From positions 49,414,001 to 49,478,000 of the forward strand of contig OX597827.1 in NCBI GenBank assembly GCA_951406725.2: a DNA stretch of 64,000 nucleotides. Direction: 5' to 3'. This document shows, piece after piece, positions 38,994 through 51,262 of the stretch. Source of the DNA: Octopus vulgaris (Eukaryota). Positions within the stretch are counted from its first letter, which is position 1. Every line of letters begins with the position of its first letter. A program made the position numbers and the translations under genes. Under the pieces are notes generated by a model that was given only the letters and a program-made list of their open reading frames with translations, ran no database searches and had not been told where the DNA came from.

Positions 38994-39667
38994 TGTTCTC
39001 GTTAGCCATCCCGAAAGAATGAAATACAATGTTGAACTCGGTAGGATTCGCACTCAGAGGACGACAGAAAGAATGCCGCAAGGCAGTCTATCCAGCGCTG
39101 TCGCTGCTTTCTAATGAGCAGAACGCAGTTGTTTTCTTCTTCTTCTTCTTCCAGTCAGGACTCACGCCATTAGCCACAAAGAATAATCTCTAATTCGAGC
39201 CTACACTAAGCTACTAAGAATGCGTGTGGCAACATGAAGATCCACTCACCACACGTGATAGACTGGCGGTTGCACGGGCGCGAAAGCTACGTTGTTATCC
39301 TCATTCCGTAAACGGTGGCTTTTAACGGGTGATGCTTCAGTATGGCCGCAGTCAAATGACTGAAACAAGTAAAAGACTAAAAGAATGATTATTAATGATA
39401 ATGATACCTATTTAACTTTAAATTATACTGACTCACGATATGTTCGTTTGTAATGTCGTGGGGGCATTCAACGTGCCACGCGGTGTTACTGAACTCGGTA
39501 CTATGTGACCGGGAAGCAATTTTTATTTTTTAAGCCACATAGCCATACCTATTCATATACACATTAAAAAATTTTAGGATTTCAGAAATTAGAATACTTG
39601 CAATACATTAAGGACTGAGGTCGTATCGTACACTTGAGAGGTCAAAGTTCGTCACATAGAAGTTGCT

Positions 39668-40218
39668 GCAGCTGAATCCATGATAAAGATGATACCGCCA
39701 GCTGGACTCACAGAGGAAAGTAAGGCATGTTTTTACTGTACGGTTGCAATATTGAAAGAATGCGTCTGGAGAACGAGAATGGAAGGTGCGGTGAAAGGGT
39801 CTTTCATCTCAGGCCCCGGTTTGCTGACCTACTTCAAATACCATCTGAAGAGCAAGATGGGACTGTAGAGGAGGACCCTGCCACCGAGAGTATTCGAGAA
39901 ACGATGGAAAGATGTGATGAGAAAGGTGGGTGTTAGTAACCCAGCTTGATCATTGATGAAAGGAAAAGATCGTTGCTGGGTTTTATAGGCTGCCGGGTTT
40001 GATCCTTTAACCTTTGTGTTCGTCTTTCTTTCTTTGTGTTAGTTTTAATAAAAAATAAAAAAAAGTTTCTAGTTAATGGAAATTAAACGGTATATAAAAT
40101 ACTTTTTATGTAAATTTTTAATACTGAAATCATTCAAACTCATGTAAGATCTTTGTCCTTTGTTTGCCCTGTATTGTAACATTCTATGTAAGATCACCAT
40201 GATCATAACAAATGATAC
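39668..40218 (+). mobile_element. 5'-truncated Tx1/L1-like LINE 3' end
   Basis: 15-bp TSD CAC(A/T)TAGAAGTTGCT at 39653-39667 and 40219-40233; empty site present in the paralogue near 31173. Translation KECVWRTR...FEKRW resembles Tx1 ORF2 C-termini; U-rich 3' UTR. Confidence 0.7.
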
Positions 40219-40907
40219 CACTTAGAAGTTGCTATGTCCGTCTTCCAAAATAATATTAAGTTTCAGTACTATTTTTCCAAAAATAGCTTTTAATCAGTCC
40301 AACCAAATTTTAATGTATAAACTGCAAATGCGAAGATAAAGTCTACAACGGCCTGAAATTAATCAATATGTTTTAGTCCATTTTCAGTCATGTGGGGGTG
40401 TTCAGGATTCCCCCATAACACTCTTTGGGTTTGACACTCCTATAAACTGTATGGTGCCTGTTCTAATGCCAGGGTCACAGTAAAAAGGACCCTGTACATA
40501 CTAGGAAGGGCACCCAGCCATAGAAACAATGCTTTAATAGACAGCGGAGCAGAGCACAACATGATCCTTAGCCCCTTCAGATCCTGTTAAACCACCCAAC
40601 CCATGCCAGCATGGAAAACAAACATTAAAAGACGATGAGGAATAGAATGAATTACAGGGTTGCTGGTTAAAATCCTATTGTATTTTTAGGAATTGTATAA
40701 AAAAGAAACATTTAAGATATTTTGGGTATTGTACAAGAATAAGCAAGTTTTTACTCATGGACTTTAACAAAACCTTATATGGATCCTAAAAGTCATATGG
40801 ACCCCAATTGAGAACCATCCTGGGGTACAGAGGGTTCGCAATCTAGACAAGGGTCTGAAAGTTTACCACACCATAGTGGGTTACACCATGGTTCCTCTGC
40901 TTTGTGG

Positions 40908-41100
40908 CAGAAGTAGGAAGAAAGAGTGAGAGAAAGTTGTGGTGAAAGAATACAGCGGGGGTTCACCACCACCACCACCCCCGCAGGATCCTCGTGAAGC
41001 TTAGGTGCTTTTGCTCAATAAATACTCACAATGCCCGGTCTGGGAATCGAAACCGCGTTCTTACGACTGCGAGTCCGCTGCCCTAACCACTAGGCCATTC
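40908..41100 (-). mobile_element. SINE family C 5' part (other copies 56864-56992, 62497-62835, and 37412-38735 split by the MITE)
   Basis: Reverse complement of the 44140-44320 head. Confidence 0.8.
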
Positions 41101-41114
41101 CGGTTGCACCGCAG

Positions 41115-41335
<221 letters not shown>

Positions 41336-41744
41336 ACTTTAAACCAGACAATTTTTCTCTCAAAAAAAAAGCTTTATTTTGACATCGATATATAAATAAT
41401 ACTTAGAATATCCATTAAGAGAGTAAGTGATCAGTCAACGGGTGAAGAGTTTTCTATGGTAGATTTTTTCTTTATTTGTTTTTTTTTTGTGCGTCGGTGG
41501 GGTGGGATGCTGACGGCAGTATTCTTATTATTGTTGTTGTTTAAAGTAGAGCTTTTGTTGTTATTGTTTAAAGTAGAGAGTTTTTGTTGTTTTTTTTTCC
41601 AGCTGACCAAAATTAAATTGGTTTCATTTTGGAAATATCAAAAGCTCACATGTCATTCTTTATTCAGATTTGTTCACCCAAATAACGCTTAAATTTCGTT
41701 TTGTTGTTCTTGTTCTGGTTTCAGTTTTTCTTTTTTTTTCTTTT

Positions 41745-41931
41745 ACTCTTTTACTTGTTTCAGTCATTTGACTGCGGCCATGCTGGAGCACCGCCTTTAG
41801 TCGAGCAAATCGACCCCGGGACTTATTCTTTGTAAGCCCAGTATTTATTCTATCAGTCTCTTTTGCTGAACCGCTAATGACGGGGACGTAAACACACCAG
41901 CATCGGTTGTCAAGCAATGCTAGGGGGACAT

Positions 41932-41973
<42 letters not shown>

Positions 41974-42128
41974 ACGACAGGCTTCTTTCAGTTTCCGTCT
42001 GCCAAATCCACTCACAAGGCTTTGGTCGGCCCGAGGCTATAGCAGAAGACACTTGCCCAAGATGCCACGCAGTGGGACTGAACCCAGAACCATGTGGTTG
42101 GTTAGCAAGCTACTTACCACACAGCCAC
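41745..42128 (-). mobile_element. SINE family A
   Basis: Near-identical reverse complement of 30469-30890. Confidence 0.88.
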
Positions 42129-42329
42129 GTTAGCGTAAATAGATAAAACTCTTTCCATCACCGAATTAAACGTTGATCTTAAGAGTTCAGATTCCTGCGT
42201 TGGTTTAACACATTTACAGTTGATTTCTAAACAGTGGAGTTTAGGGAGCTAACCTAACACCCACACGGCATTCAAGAAATTAGGCAAACACCCTATCAAG
42301 ACTATAATAACGTTTAGTTAAAGCACCGA

Positions 42330-42661
42330 CTTGGCAGAAACGTTGGCACGCCGGGCGAAATGTTTAGCGATATTTCGTCTGCCTTTGCGTTCTGAGTTCA
42401 AATTCCGCCGAGGTCGACTTTGCCTTTCACCCTTTAAAATAAGGCGGCGAGCTGGCACGCCGGACGAAATGCTTAGCTGTATCTCGTCTGTCGTTACGTT
42501 CTGAGTTCAAATTCCGCCGAGGTCGATTTTGCCTTTCATCCTCTCGGGGTCGATTAAATAAGTACCAGTTTCGCACTGGGGTCGATATAATCGAATTAAT
42601 CCGTTTGTCTGTCCTTGTTTGTCCCCTCTATGTTTAGCCCCTTGTGGGTAGTAAAGAAATA
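42330..42661 (+). mobile_element. SINE family B, partial head plus full copy
   Basis: GGCGGCGAGCTGGCA head, GCCTTTCATCCT.TCGGGGTCGAT core, tail GCCCCTTGTGGGTAGTAAAGAAATA. Confidence 0.85.
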
Positions 42662-42739
42662 TATATTTTGAGGATTTGTACATTCTCAAAGATGAGACTC
42701 CTCTCTCAGATCAAGTTAAATTGCATTGCAAAGACTCGT

Positions 42740-42812
<73 letters not shown>

Positions 42813-43603
42813 AAAGTATGGGAGTTTAGTTCACATGTGATCTAAACGATTAGGTACGCTAGGTAAGTACTGGAACGGATTACTTGGGCCCCAAGGTTAT
42901 AGCCGAGACAGTAGTTATGGAGCCATTGTAGATTTCCGATGCAGCGGATATATAATAGTTAAACAGGACGTCAAACATTAAGGCAGGGCAAATATCTCAA
43001 GTCATATACAATATTATAATGGGAAGAAATTTAATTTCTTCCTATAATAATATTGTATATGACTTGAGATATTTGACGTCCCGTTTAACTATTATATATA
43101 TATTGTTCGAAGGTTATAATGGACACAGTTTGTGTGTCAAATAGCTAGCTTAAGGCGATGGCCTCATGGAGCTAATCAGCGACAGCTTTAGTCTTATATC
43201 TATAAGACTGCCATATTAATATGGCGATAACAATTAATTTCCAGTAATGCTGCCGTAATCTCTTTTAGAGAGACTTAGTAATTTTAATATTTCTATTATT
43301 GAAAACAAGTGGATGTATATATATATATATATATATATATAACTAAAAATAAGGGTGTCTGTGTGGCACCACCATGCCGAAATAGCAGTCAAATCCCTGA
43401 CTCCAAAAACCACCTTAAATGTTCATATTGCACCATGAGATGAGACAGAGGGACAAAATAGACTAGCAAAAAGATATTACTGAATAATTCAAGATCCTGG
43501 ATTTCTAGCTTTGCTAGTAAAAAATTATTACCTTTGTATGGTATTTATTCCCATGCTGGCCACTTGATAATATCGATATTTAAATATCGATATTATCCTT
43601 ATT

Positions 43604-43661
<58 letters not shown>

Positions 43662-43689
43662 CGATAAAATTCCAACATAGTCTGATTTT

Positions 43690-44097
43690 CACTGTTCTAT
43701 ATTTTAGAGATGCGAAATTCTGTACATTATTTGCATTATTTACATTGGACAGATATGTGTCTCCATCTTGTTTGTTGCTACCACGTTTTGGCTGATTTAC
43801 TCTGCAGCCTTTAGTAGGTGTCCTGATAGAATTTTGAAGCCGACCCTGGGTTCTCATTACATTCAAGCCAGCGGGTATTAGCTTTAAGTCTCCTCATCTA
43901 TACAGGAAGGTTAGATGGTTTGAAAGACGAGCTAGGTTTTGATGGAGTTTCTCTGTAAGTCTCCATTGAAGTCTAATGTCGGGCTCCGTATCGATTAGAT
44001 AATACAGTTCTATATTTGAGAGATGAGGAATTATGTACATTATTTACATCAAATTCTACCAGGACACCTGATGAAGGCTGGAGAGTACATCATCCGC
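43690..44097. repeat. Penelope pseudo-LTR-like remnants in direct and inverted arrangement
   Basis: 43694-43737 is repeated at 44007-44050; 44051-44095 is the inverse of about 43790-43836 and carries CTGATGAAGGCTG; third copy at 61810-61880 (-). Confidence 0.55.
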
Positions 44098-44133
44098 GGT
44101 ATTTGATTCTGACTCTCTGTACTCTGGACTGAA

Positions 44134-44518
44134 GTGGAGGCACAATGGCCCAGTGGTTAGGGCAGCGGACTCGCGGACATAGGATCGCGGTTTCGATTCC
44201 CAGACCGGGCGTTGTGGGTGTTTATTGAGCGAAAACACCTAAAGCTCCACGAGGCTCCGGCAGGGATGATGGTGATCCCTGCTGTACTCTTTCACCACAA
44301 CTTTCTCTCACTCTCACTTCCTGTTTCTGATGTACCTGCATTTCAAAGGGCCGGCCTTGTCACTCTCTGTGTCACGCTGAATATCCCCGAGAACTACGTT
44401 AAGGGTACACGTGTCTGTGGAGTGCTCAGCCACTTACACGTTAATTTCACGAGCAGGCTGTTCTGTTGATCGGATCAACCGGAACCCTCGTCGTTGTTAC
44501 CGACGGAGTGCTTCCACC
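44134..44518 (+). mobile_element. SINE family C with TSD
   Basis: A box TGGCCCAGTGG, B box GGTTTCGATTCCC; 13-bp TSD ACTCTGGACTGAA (44121-44133, 44519-44531). Confidence 0.88.
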
Positions 44519-44944
44519 ACTCTGGACTGAAATCCAATCGAAGTCAACTTTGTCATGCATCTTTTCAGAATCAATAAAAAGATTATCGATTCAGTACAGG
44601 GAGGAAATGTGTGAGGGTAGGGTGAGACTCTTTGCGGTATCTGAACTGGCTGTTTTCATTCTGATAGCAACGACACTGGTGCCAAGCTGATTTGGCCCAA
44701 AACGGCAGCCTTACCCTTGGATAAACATTGGTATCGTGAAGATTAGAAACTTGTATACATTATGAAAATCTGGTCTTTCTCAAAAAAAAAATCTAACCCA
44801 GTCCTGTACATATATGTCCAGATGCAAGGTCAACATAGACCGACGGGGGCCGCCGCACATTACTCTAAATAAGTCCATTGATTTTGTAATTCTTCTATCT
44901 ACTGGAATGAATAATATTTTGCAGTATCGGTTTCGGATCATTAT

Positions 44945-45840
44945 ATTCCAGTTTCAAATTCTGTCGAGGTCAACTTTGCTTTTTATTCATTTTGGAGTCG
45001 ATAAAATACAAAATAAAGTAGCAGTCAAGTACTGGGACAGACAATATAGACTAACTCCCATCTTTCAAGATTGTTGGCCTTGTACCTATATCAGAAATCA
45101 TCCTTGCTGTACCTCTTCTGATTCTTAACATTTTGAATTTAAATTTTATTGAGGTCGACTTTACCTTTCATTCTTTCGCAGTCAATAAAAGAAAACGCCA
45201 GTCAAATACTGACTTATATTTTGCAGTATCGGTTTCGGACTGCCAACATTTGAAATCATGTTTATTATTACTGAGGCTGCGAAGGCGGCGAACTTTGCAG
45301 AAACGTTAGCATTTTGCCGGACGAAATGCGTAGCCGTAAAATTTCGTCTGTCGTTACGAATCAGTTCAAATTCCGCCAAGGTCGACTTTGCCTTTCATCC
45401 TTTCGGGGTCGATACAATTTAAGTACCAGTTACGCACTGGGGTCGATGTAATCGACTTAATCCCTTTGTCTGTCCTTGTTTGTCCTCTCTGTGTGCCAAC
45501 ATTTAGCCCATATGTGGGTATTATTAGGGAAACGGCGAAGGAGGCAAGCTGACAGAAACGTTAGCGTGCGGGACAAAATGGTTAGCGGCATTTCGTCTAC
45601 TTTGACGTTTCGAGTTCAAATTCCACCGCGGCCGACTTTGCTTTTCATCCTTTCGGTGTCAACAGTACCAGTTAAGCACTCAGGTCGATATAATCGACTT
45701 ATTCCCACCCACCACAAAATTGCTGGCCTTGTGCATTTCATCGTTTCGGGGTCGATAAAATGAGCACCAGTTAAAAACCGGAGTTGATATAATCGATTAA
45801 CCCCCTCCCCTCAAACTGTTCAAGCCTTCTACCTGTTGTA
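44945..45840 (+). mobile_element. Cluster of about five same-orientation SINE B copies/fragments
   Basis: Recurrent GAGGTCGACTTTGCCTTTCAT core near 44965, 45150, 45380, 45630 and 45735. Confidence 0.75.
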
Positions 45841-47032
45841 AGAAGAATCATTATAATCATCGTTGTTGCTATTTAGTAGTAGTAGTAGTAGTACCAGCAG
45901 CAGTAGTAATAGTAGTAGTAGTACCAGCAGCAGTAGTAATGATAGTCAAATTTTGTAGCAAAGCAGTCAATTCTTTTCCAGACGTTATTATAACGGTGCT
46001 ATATTCACGGAAAATAGAATAAAATTTAAAAAAGAGGGAAAAAATACCTAACTCTCAATTCAAGCCTAGAATACCAAACTTCAAAGAGAAACCATAGGAT
46101 AGCAAGCAACAACAACACAGCATAATTGACTGATGTTCTGTCAATCTACCTTGTCGGGTTAAAAGAAAGAAAATACTGATGCTATGCGATATTGTTTTCC
46201 GTTTTTGTTCTGTTCTACTGACACTCTTTCTAAACCAATACGGAGTTGGGTTATTGTTCGTGTTGTGTTGTTGCTGTTTTTGTTATATCCTGCTTTAGTA
46301 TTTATCTTTTAATTTAGCGTTTACTTTTTTAACTTTACATCATATTTTTGTCCGAACTTCAAAAGTGTGTTGTATTATTTGTTTCATAAATGAAACAATA
46401 CGAGTGTTTAATAAACTACTGATGTTTTGTTTCAAAGTTATAATTACCACCACAGAACATATATCTGTAGACGTTAGCCAACATTATATATAAAACACCA
46501 AAAAAAAAAAGGATGGAGAATTAAGCATCTTCAAAACTTGTTTATTACAGTATTACATTCAAGTTAGATTTCAGTCCAGACACGTGTTTCTGCTACATAG
46601 GTATCCGAATGACCTTCGATGTAGCATTTATGTGCTGATTCAGTTGATTCAATTGCAGTATATATTCGTCCAGGGTAGATGTATCCATGCAGCTTTAGAA
46701 CACTTATGCAGCAGAAACACACGTCGGGACTGAAATCTAAACCTGAATGTAAAGTGAATAATACTACAATAAACAACTTTTGAAGATGTGTAATTCTCCA
46801 CTCTTCTTCATGTCTTGAATAAATATGCGTGTGTGTGTGTGTGTGTGTGTACTCTGTGATGCTGTATAAGATCTAAGGAAATGAACTCAGGGTTTACCTG
46901 TCAAGTGAAGTGTCATTGTACTTAAACAATTTTATGTGTTCCCTATCATTCAATGTGGTTAGCTAGAACATGGATTACATCAGAGTACTAATAAGATATC
47001 TGACCGAATTCAAAATCCCTATTCCTTTACCT

Positions 47033-47075
<43 letters not shown>

Positions 47076-47789
47076 AGCGGTATCTGACATCCTCACTGTT
47101 TGAGAGACACGGCAGGAATGATCTCGTTTGAGATTACAGCCATCTTTGGCCGAGTTGTTCCTGTTGTGTCGACTGATCTGATTGGTTGACATGTGGGGCG
47201 ATTTGTCTCTACTTATTTCGCGCCACTGTCCAAAGCCAACCAATCACAGCCTTTGGTTAAGGTCCCTTTTCCTAGGCTCTGTTGAGCCACCTTTCTTGTA
47301 TATAAAGGATTGTTCTCAGTATACTTGGTCTTTGACTCCAGACCTTCTAAGATCTGGTCACTGACCACAGAGCTACTCAACATGTTTCAGTTCCAGCGAC
47401 AGACGATTGCTCCTGCTACAACCAGCGACGACGCTAACATACACCAGCACCGCAGAATGCCTTTTATCTCCGCCGCCGTCGTCACCATCATTGTACCAAC
47501 TTCAAGTCGTCTCTACCATCGTCCACTTTAGATATGTACACAACAACTTCACAGACCCACGCCGTTAGAGTGAATCCCTTCACCAAGTAAAACAGTCCAT
47601 CTGAAGAATTTTATATTAGAACCAGCTCGGCGATTGAGACCACAACCGCGGCTCGACAATATTCGCCCAACCGGTCTCCGCCCGAGACACATCTTAAAAT
47701 TTTCGAACCTTATTAGATTATGAGGGGTTTGTTTGTTTGTTTTTTTAATTCTATTATTCTTATTTCTAATCATGAGGACAATTAGATGA

Positions 47790-48600
47790 ACGGAATAATA
47801 CATTGGTTCTCGTATTTAGTATACCATGATTTCCATTTGTACATTAATCCTTACTCAATCTTATTCCTATTCATGCCAGTTCGTTTAAAATTATTACTAT
47901 CATGAGAAACATCCTTGTTGTTAGAGACACTGATGTCCATATTTTAGGATAATATTTCAATTTTTGTTTACACCCAGCTTTGCTGAGTGCCACATTATAG
48001 TCAGCCTTTTCGTCAAAAATATCCTTATTAAACAATAGATTAGAAATTCTTTTAGAGATATTATAAACTAAAAAAAATCTTTTACAGAACCGGGATGATT
48101 ACTTCCAACATTCATATACTTGGAATTAGGCTGGATATATGGTTCATAGCTGCCAGTAAAGGGATTAACATCCAGGAAGTTAACCGATTCATGTTCATTT
48201 TCTATTGTTATAGAGAGTCCAAAACTCTTGAAAAACCTGTCAAATTTCTTCTAATACAGTTCAAGTTTCCTATTAGATAGATTCCTAATGGTAAAAACGG
48301 CAACACGTTGGAATGTAACTCCTTTCTGGAAAAATTCTCCTCTGATGAAATACCCAATTAACCAGTTTCAATATGAACATTTTTAATTAATTTAATTCAT
48401 TTCTCTAATTGAACTGAATTGGCTATGGAAACGGCTGTAGGGATAAGAATTTCATATCATATTGATTTGAATGTCTTGGAATAAACTAGTGTCTATAGGT
48501 CAATTTCTCCATTTTCTTCTTTTTCTCATTCATACTTTAAATAGCCATATCCATCAATGCAAAACTAACGTATTTATTTTTCACTGAACACTGGTAAAAC
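47790..48600 (-). pseudogene. Second degenerate Penelope-like RT fragment
   Basis: Minus-strand translation FFKSFGLSITIENEHESVNFLDV..GSYEPYIQP..YMNVGSNHP, typical of PLE RT C-terminal motifs; boundaries approximate. Confidence 0.65.
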
Positions 48601-48842
48601 CTGGAGAACTAGGATGCAAACACACACATATATATGTATATATATATATATACACACACACATATATATGTATATATATAGACACATATATATGTATATA
48701 TATATACACACACACACATATATATGTATATATATATACACACATATATATATGTATATATACATACAGACATATATATATGTGTATATATACATACAGA
48801 CACATATATATACGTATACACACACACAAACACACACACACG

Positions 48843-48883
<41 letters not shown>

Positions 48884-49861
48884 ACACACACACACAACCA
48901 CACATATATACATATATACATAATAAGAATATAAAACTTCTGCATGCTTTTTTCTCCAAAGGGCAAGTGAACAAAATATTTGAATTTCCTTCTTCCAATC
49001 AAATTAACTTGCAGCAATTTTCGTTTTTTTTTTCTTTAAATTTTTATAAATCAACTTTGTCAGAAGTAGTCTACAATCAGTTTCCTTGGATTCTGTAATA
49101 TTCTTACCTCGTCGTCCAACAGACAACAACATTCTTCTCGTGACGAGCCGCCCAACCATTGTGATTAGACACCACTCCAATTTCACGGTTGCCTGATTAT
49201 CAACCAAAACGAGTGTCCTTATGTCATGTTATTTACATTTGCTATGATACGGCATATTCAAATGTCCAAAATAGAAAATAAAAAAACACACACAAACACA
49301 TACATACACACGCCCGTGCATGCACACAAACGAACTCACATACATGCACACACACACACACATGTACATGCACACACAACCATGTCAGTGTGTAGAAACA
49401 TACAAAAAATCCTCTTGGAAATATAAAGAAAACATTTGACAGTTAATATTTGAATGCACATAGAAATGACACTTTATGTAAATGTGTATATGGGATGAGT
49501 GCGTGTGTTTGTGTGTGTGTGTATGTGTGTGTAGCGCGCGTGCGTCCAGTGTGTCTATGTACGTGTGGAAGAAAGTTTCATTGTATACTGGTGGGGGTGG
49601 GTCACTTTGTGCAAGATTCAATAGGAATGTATAAAACTTGTACCCATAGGTGTATATGTGAAAATGAGTGTGTATAAAGAGGCATGCATACTGGAATGTG
49701 GAGAGATATATAGTGTGTTTGCATATATGCATGAATGCATGTATATATATATATATATGCACATATGCATGTAAATATATATAAATGCATTATTTATGTA
49801 TGCACTTATGTATAAATGCATATAAGCAGTTGTGTGTTTGTGCATGAGGGTGTATGTGCAT

Positions 49862-49915
<54 letters not shown>

Positions 49916-49928
49916 CATTGTAAAGTGT

Positions 49929-50111
49929 TCATTTTTTGAAATACATTGGTGGTAAAGGTGGTACTGGGTTTAGTTTTTCATCATGGACAGGTGATCCCGG
50001 TAAGTGTTCTAGACGACATTGGTTCTGTTGTAAAGTAGAAGAAATCTGTGTCTGCTGTAAGCTGGGTGCACTGGTGTATTTGCGGGGAGGAGGTTCCGAT
50101 CTTGCCTTGGT
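49929..50111 (-). CDS. FAM184A: FAM184A-like probable terminal coding exon (TKARSEPP...RLEHLPGSPVHDEKLNPVPPLPPMYFKK*)
   Basis: ttccag| acceptor, phase 0. RLEHLPGSPVHD resembles FAM184A RLDPIPNSPVHD; TGA at 49929-49931. A weak alternative donor (gtattt) at 49944 cannot be excluded. Confidence 0.8.
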   Translation of the reverse strand, partial: TKARSEPPPRKYTSAPSLQQTQISSTLQQNQCRLEHLPGSPVHDEKLNPVPPLPPMYFKK

Positions 50112-50307
50112 CTGGAACAGAAATAACAAAACAATATTAATGGCTTTTCTCTACAGCATAATTAACTGTAATTAGCTTTTTAATGCTCCCTGCATTAAAT
50201 ACGATATCACAGACATTAAAATGTGTGAGGGTGTGTGTGCATGCGTGTATGTATGTATGTATGTATGTATGTATGTGTGTATGTGTGTATGTATGTGTGT
50301 ATGTATA

Positions 50308-51262
50308 CAGGGTGCTCAGGCTAAAGGTGATGATCTCTTATTTCTCCTTTTTCTGGGAACAGCTTGCTGCATTGGTGGACAATTAACAGCGTTGGAGAGC
50401 ATAAAGGTTAAAGTTAGGTGATATGGCGGACTGGAAGCCATTTGAATATTGGGAAAGAGTTACCAGTATCGAGGTGATGTTGAAATGCTGACATCATGGC
50501 TGCTACTCAATTCTCTGTGAACATCGTAAAGGCTGTATGATGTGGCATTTAAGACGGCTACAAAGGAGACTATGAAGCTGTGACCAGCTGGAATGGATAG
50601 TGCAGGCGTTTTAACTGCGTCCACACACCAGAATTCATCCAAGAACTGCAGGACAAGGGAATGGAAAATCCGAGCAACGAAATCTCGGCTTTGGCAAGAT
50701 GGGTGCTGGAGTCACTACCATGAAGCTGGCTCTGAATGCAGACTTTCACTACCACTTGTACAAGAGGTGCAAGGGAAAAATTCTGACAGCCAAGGCCAAG
50801 AAGAACCACTTGACAAATGCAAGGAAACTCCTGAACAATCTAAGGCATCCTGTTGAGCCTATCTGGTTCTTCTCAGATGAAAAGAACTTCTGTCTGTACC
50901 AGTTGCACAACACCCAGAACAACAGGTGGCTTTCCTACAATATATGCAATGGCTCATCTATCATGAAAACCAAGTTCCCCCAAACTGTGATGGTCTTTGG
51001 GTGTGTCTCCAGGGAGGGTGACATCATGCTGACCCACATCTTTGAACAAGTCCTTAGGCTCAGTTCAGATGGCTATGTGAAGCTACTGAAAACTATGGTC
51101 AAAATCTGGCTGGAGAAGGTTGCTGCTGAAAGGCCATATGCATGGCAGCAGGATTTGGCTCCTTGCCATACCTCCAGAAAGAGTCAGAAGTGGTTATCAG
51201 AGAATCACTATGACTTCACCAGCCCAAATTTCTGGCTTCCTAATTCCCCTGATCATAATCCT
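50308..51262 (+). mobile_element. Decayed DD37D/maT-type Tc1-mariner transposon, 3'-truncated (FAM184A intron)
   Basis: TA|CAGGGTG start; FFSDEKNF, NTQNNRW, VMVFGCVS, WQQDLAPCH, PNSPDHNP motifs. Confidence 0.8.

Noticed and set aside
44134-44215. tRNA gene candidates here and at 56864 and 62497
   Set aside because: A/B boxes belong to SINE heads with shared bodies and TSDs; no clean cloverleaf or terminator.
49080-49210. Strong minus-strand donor GAG|gtaaga near 49108 as an extra FAM184A exon
   Set aside because: No convincing acceptor or continuing frame; the previous exon already supplies a stop.
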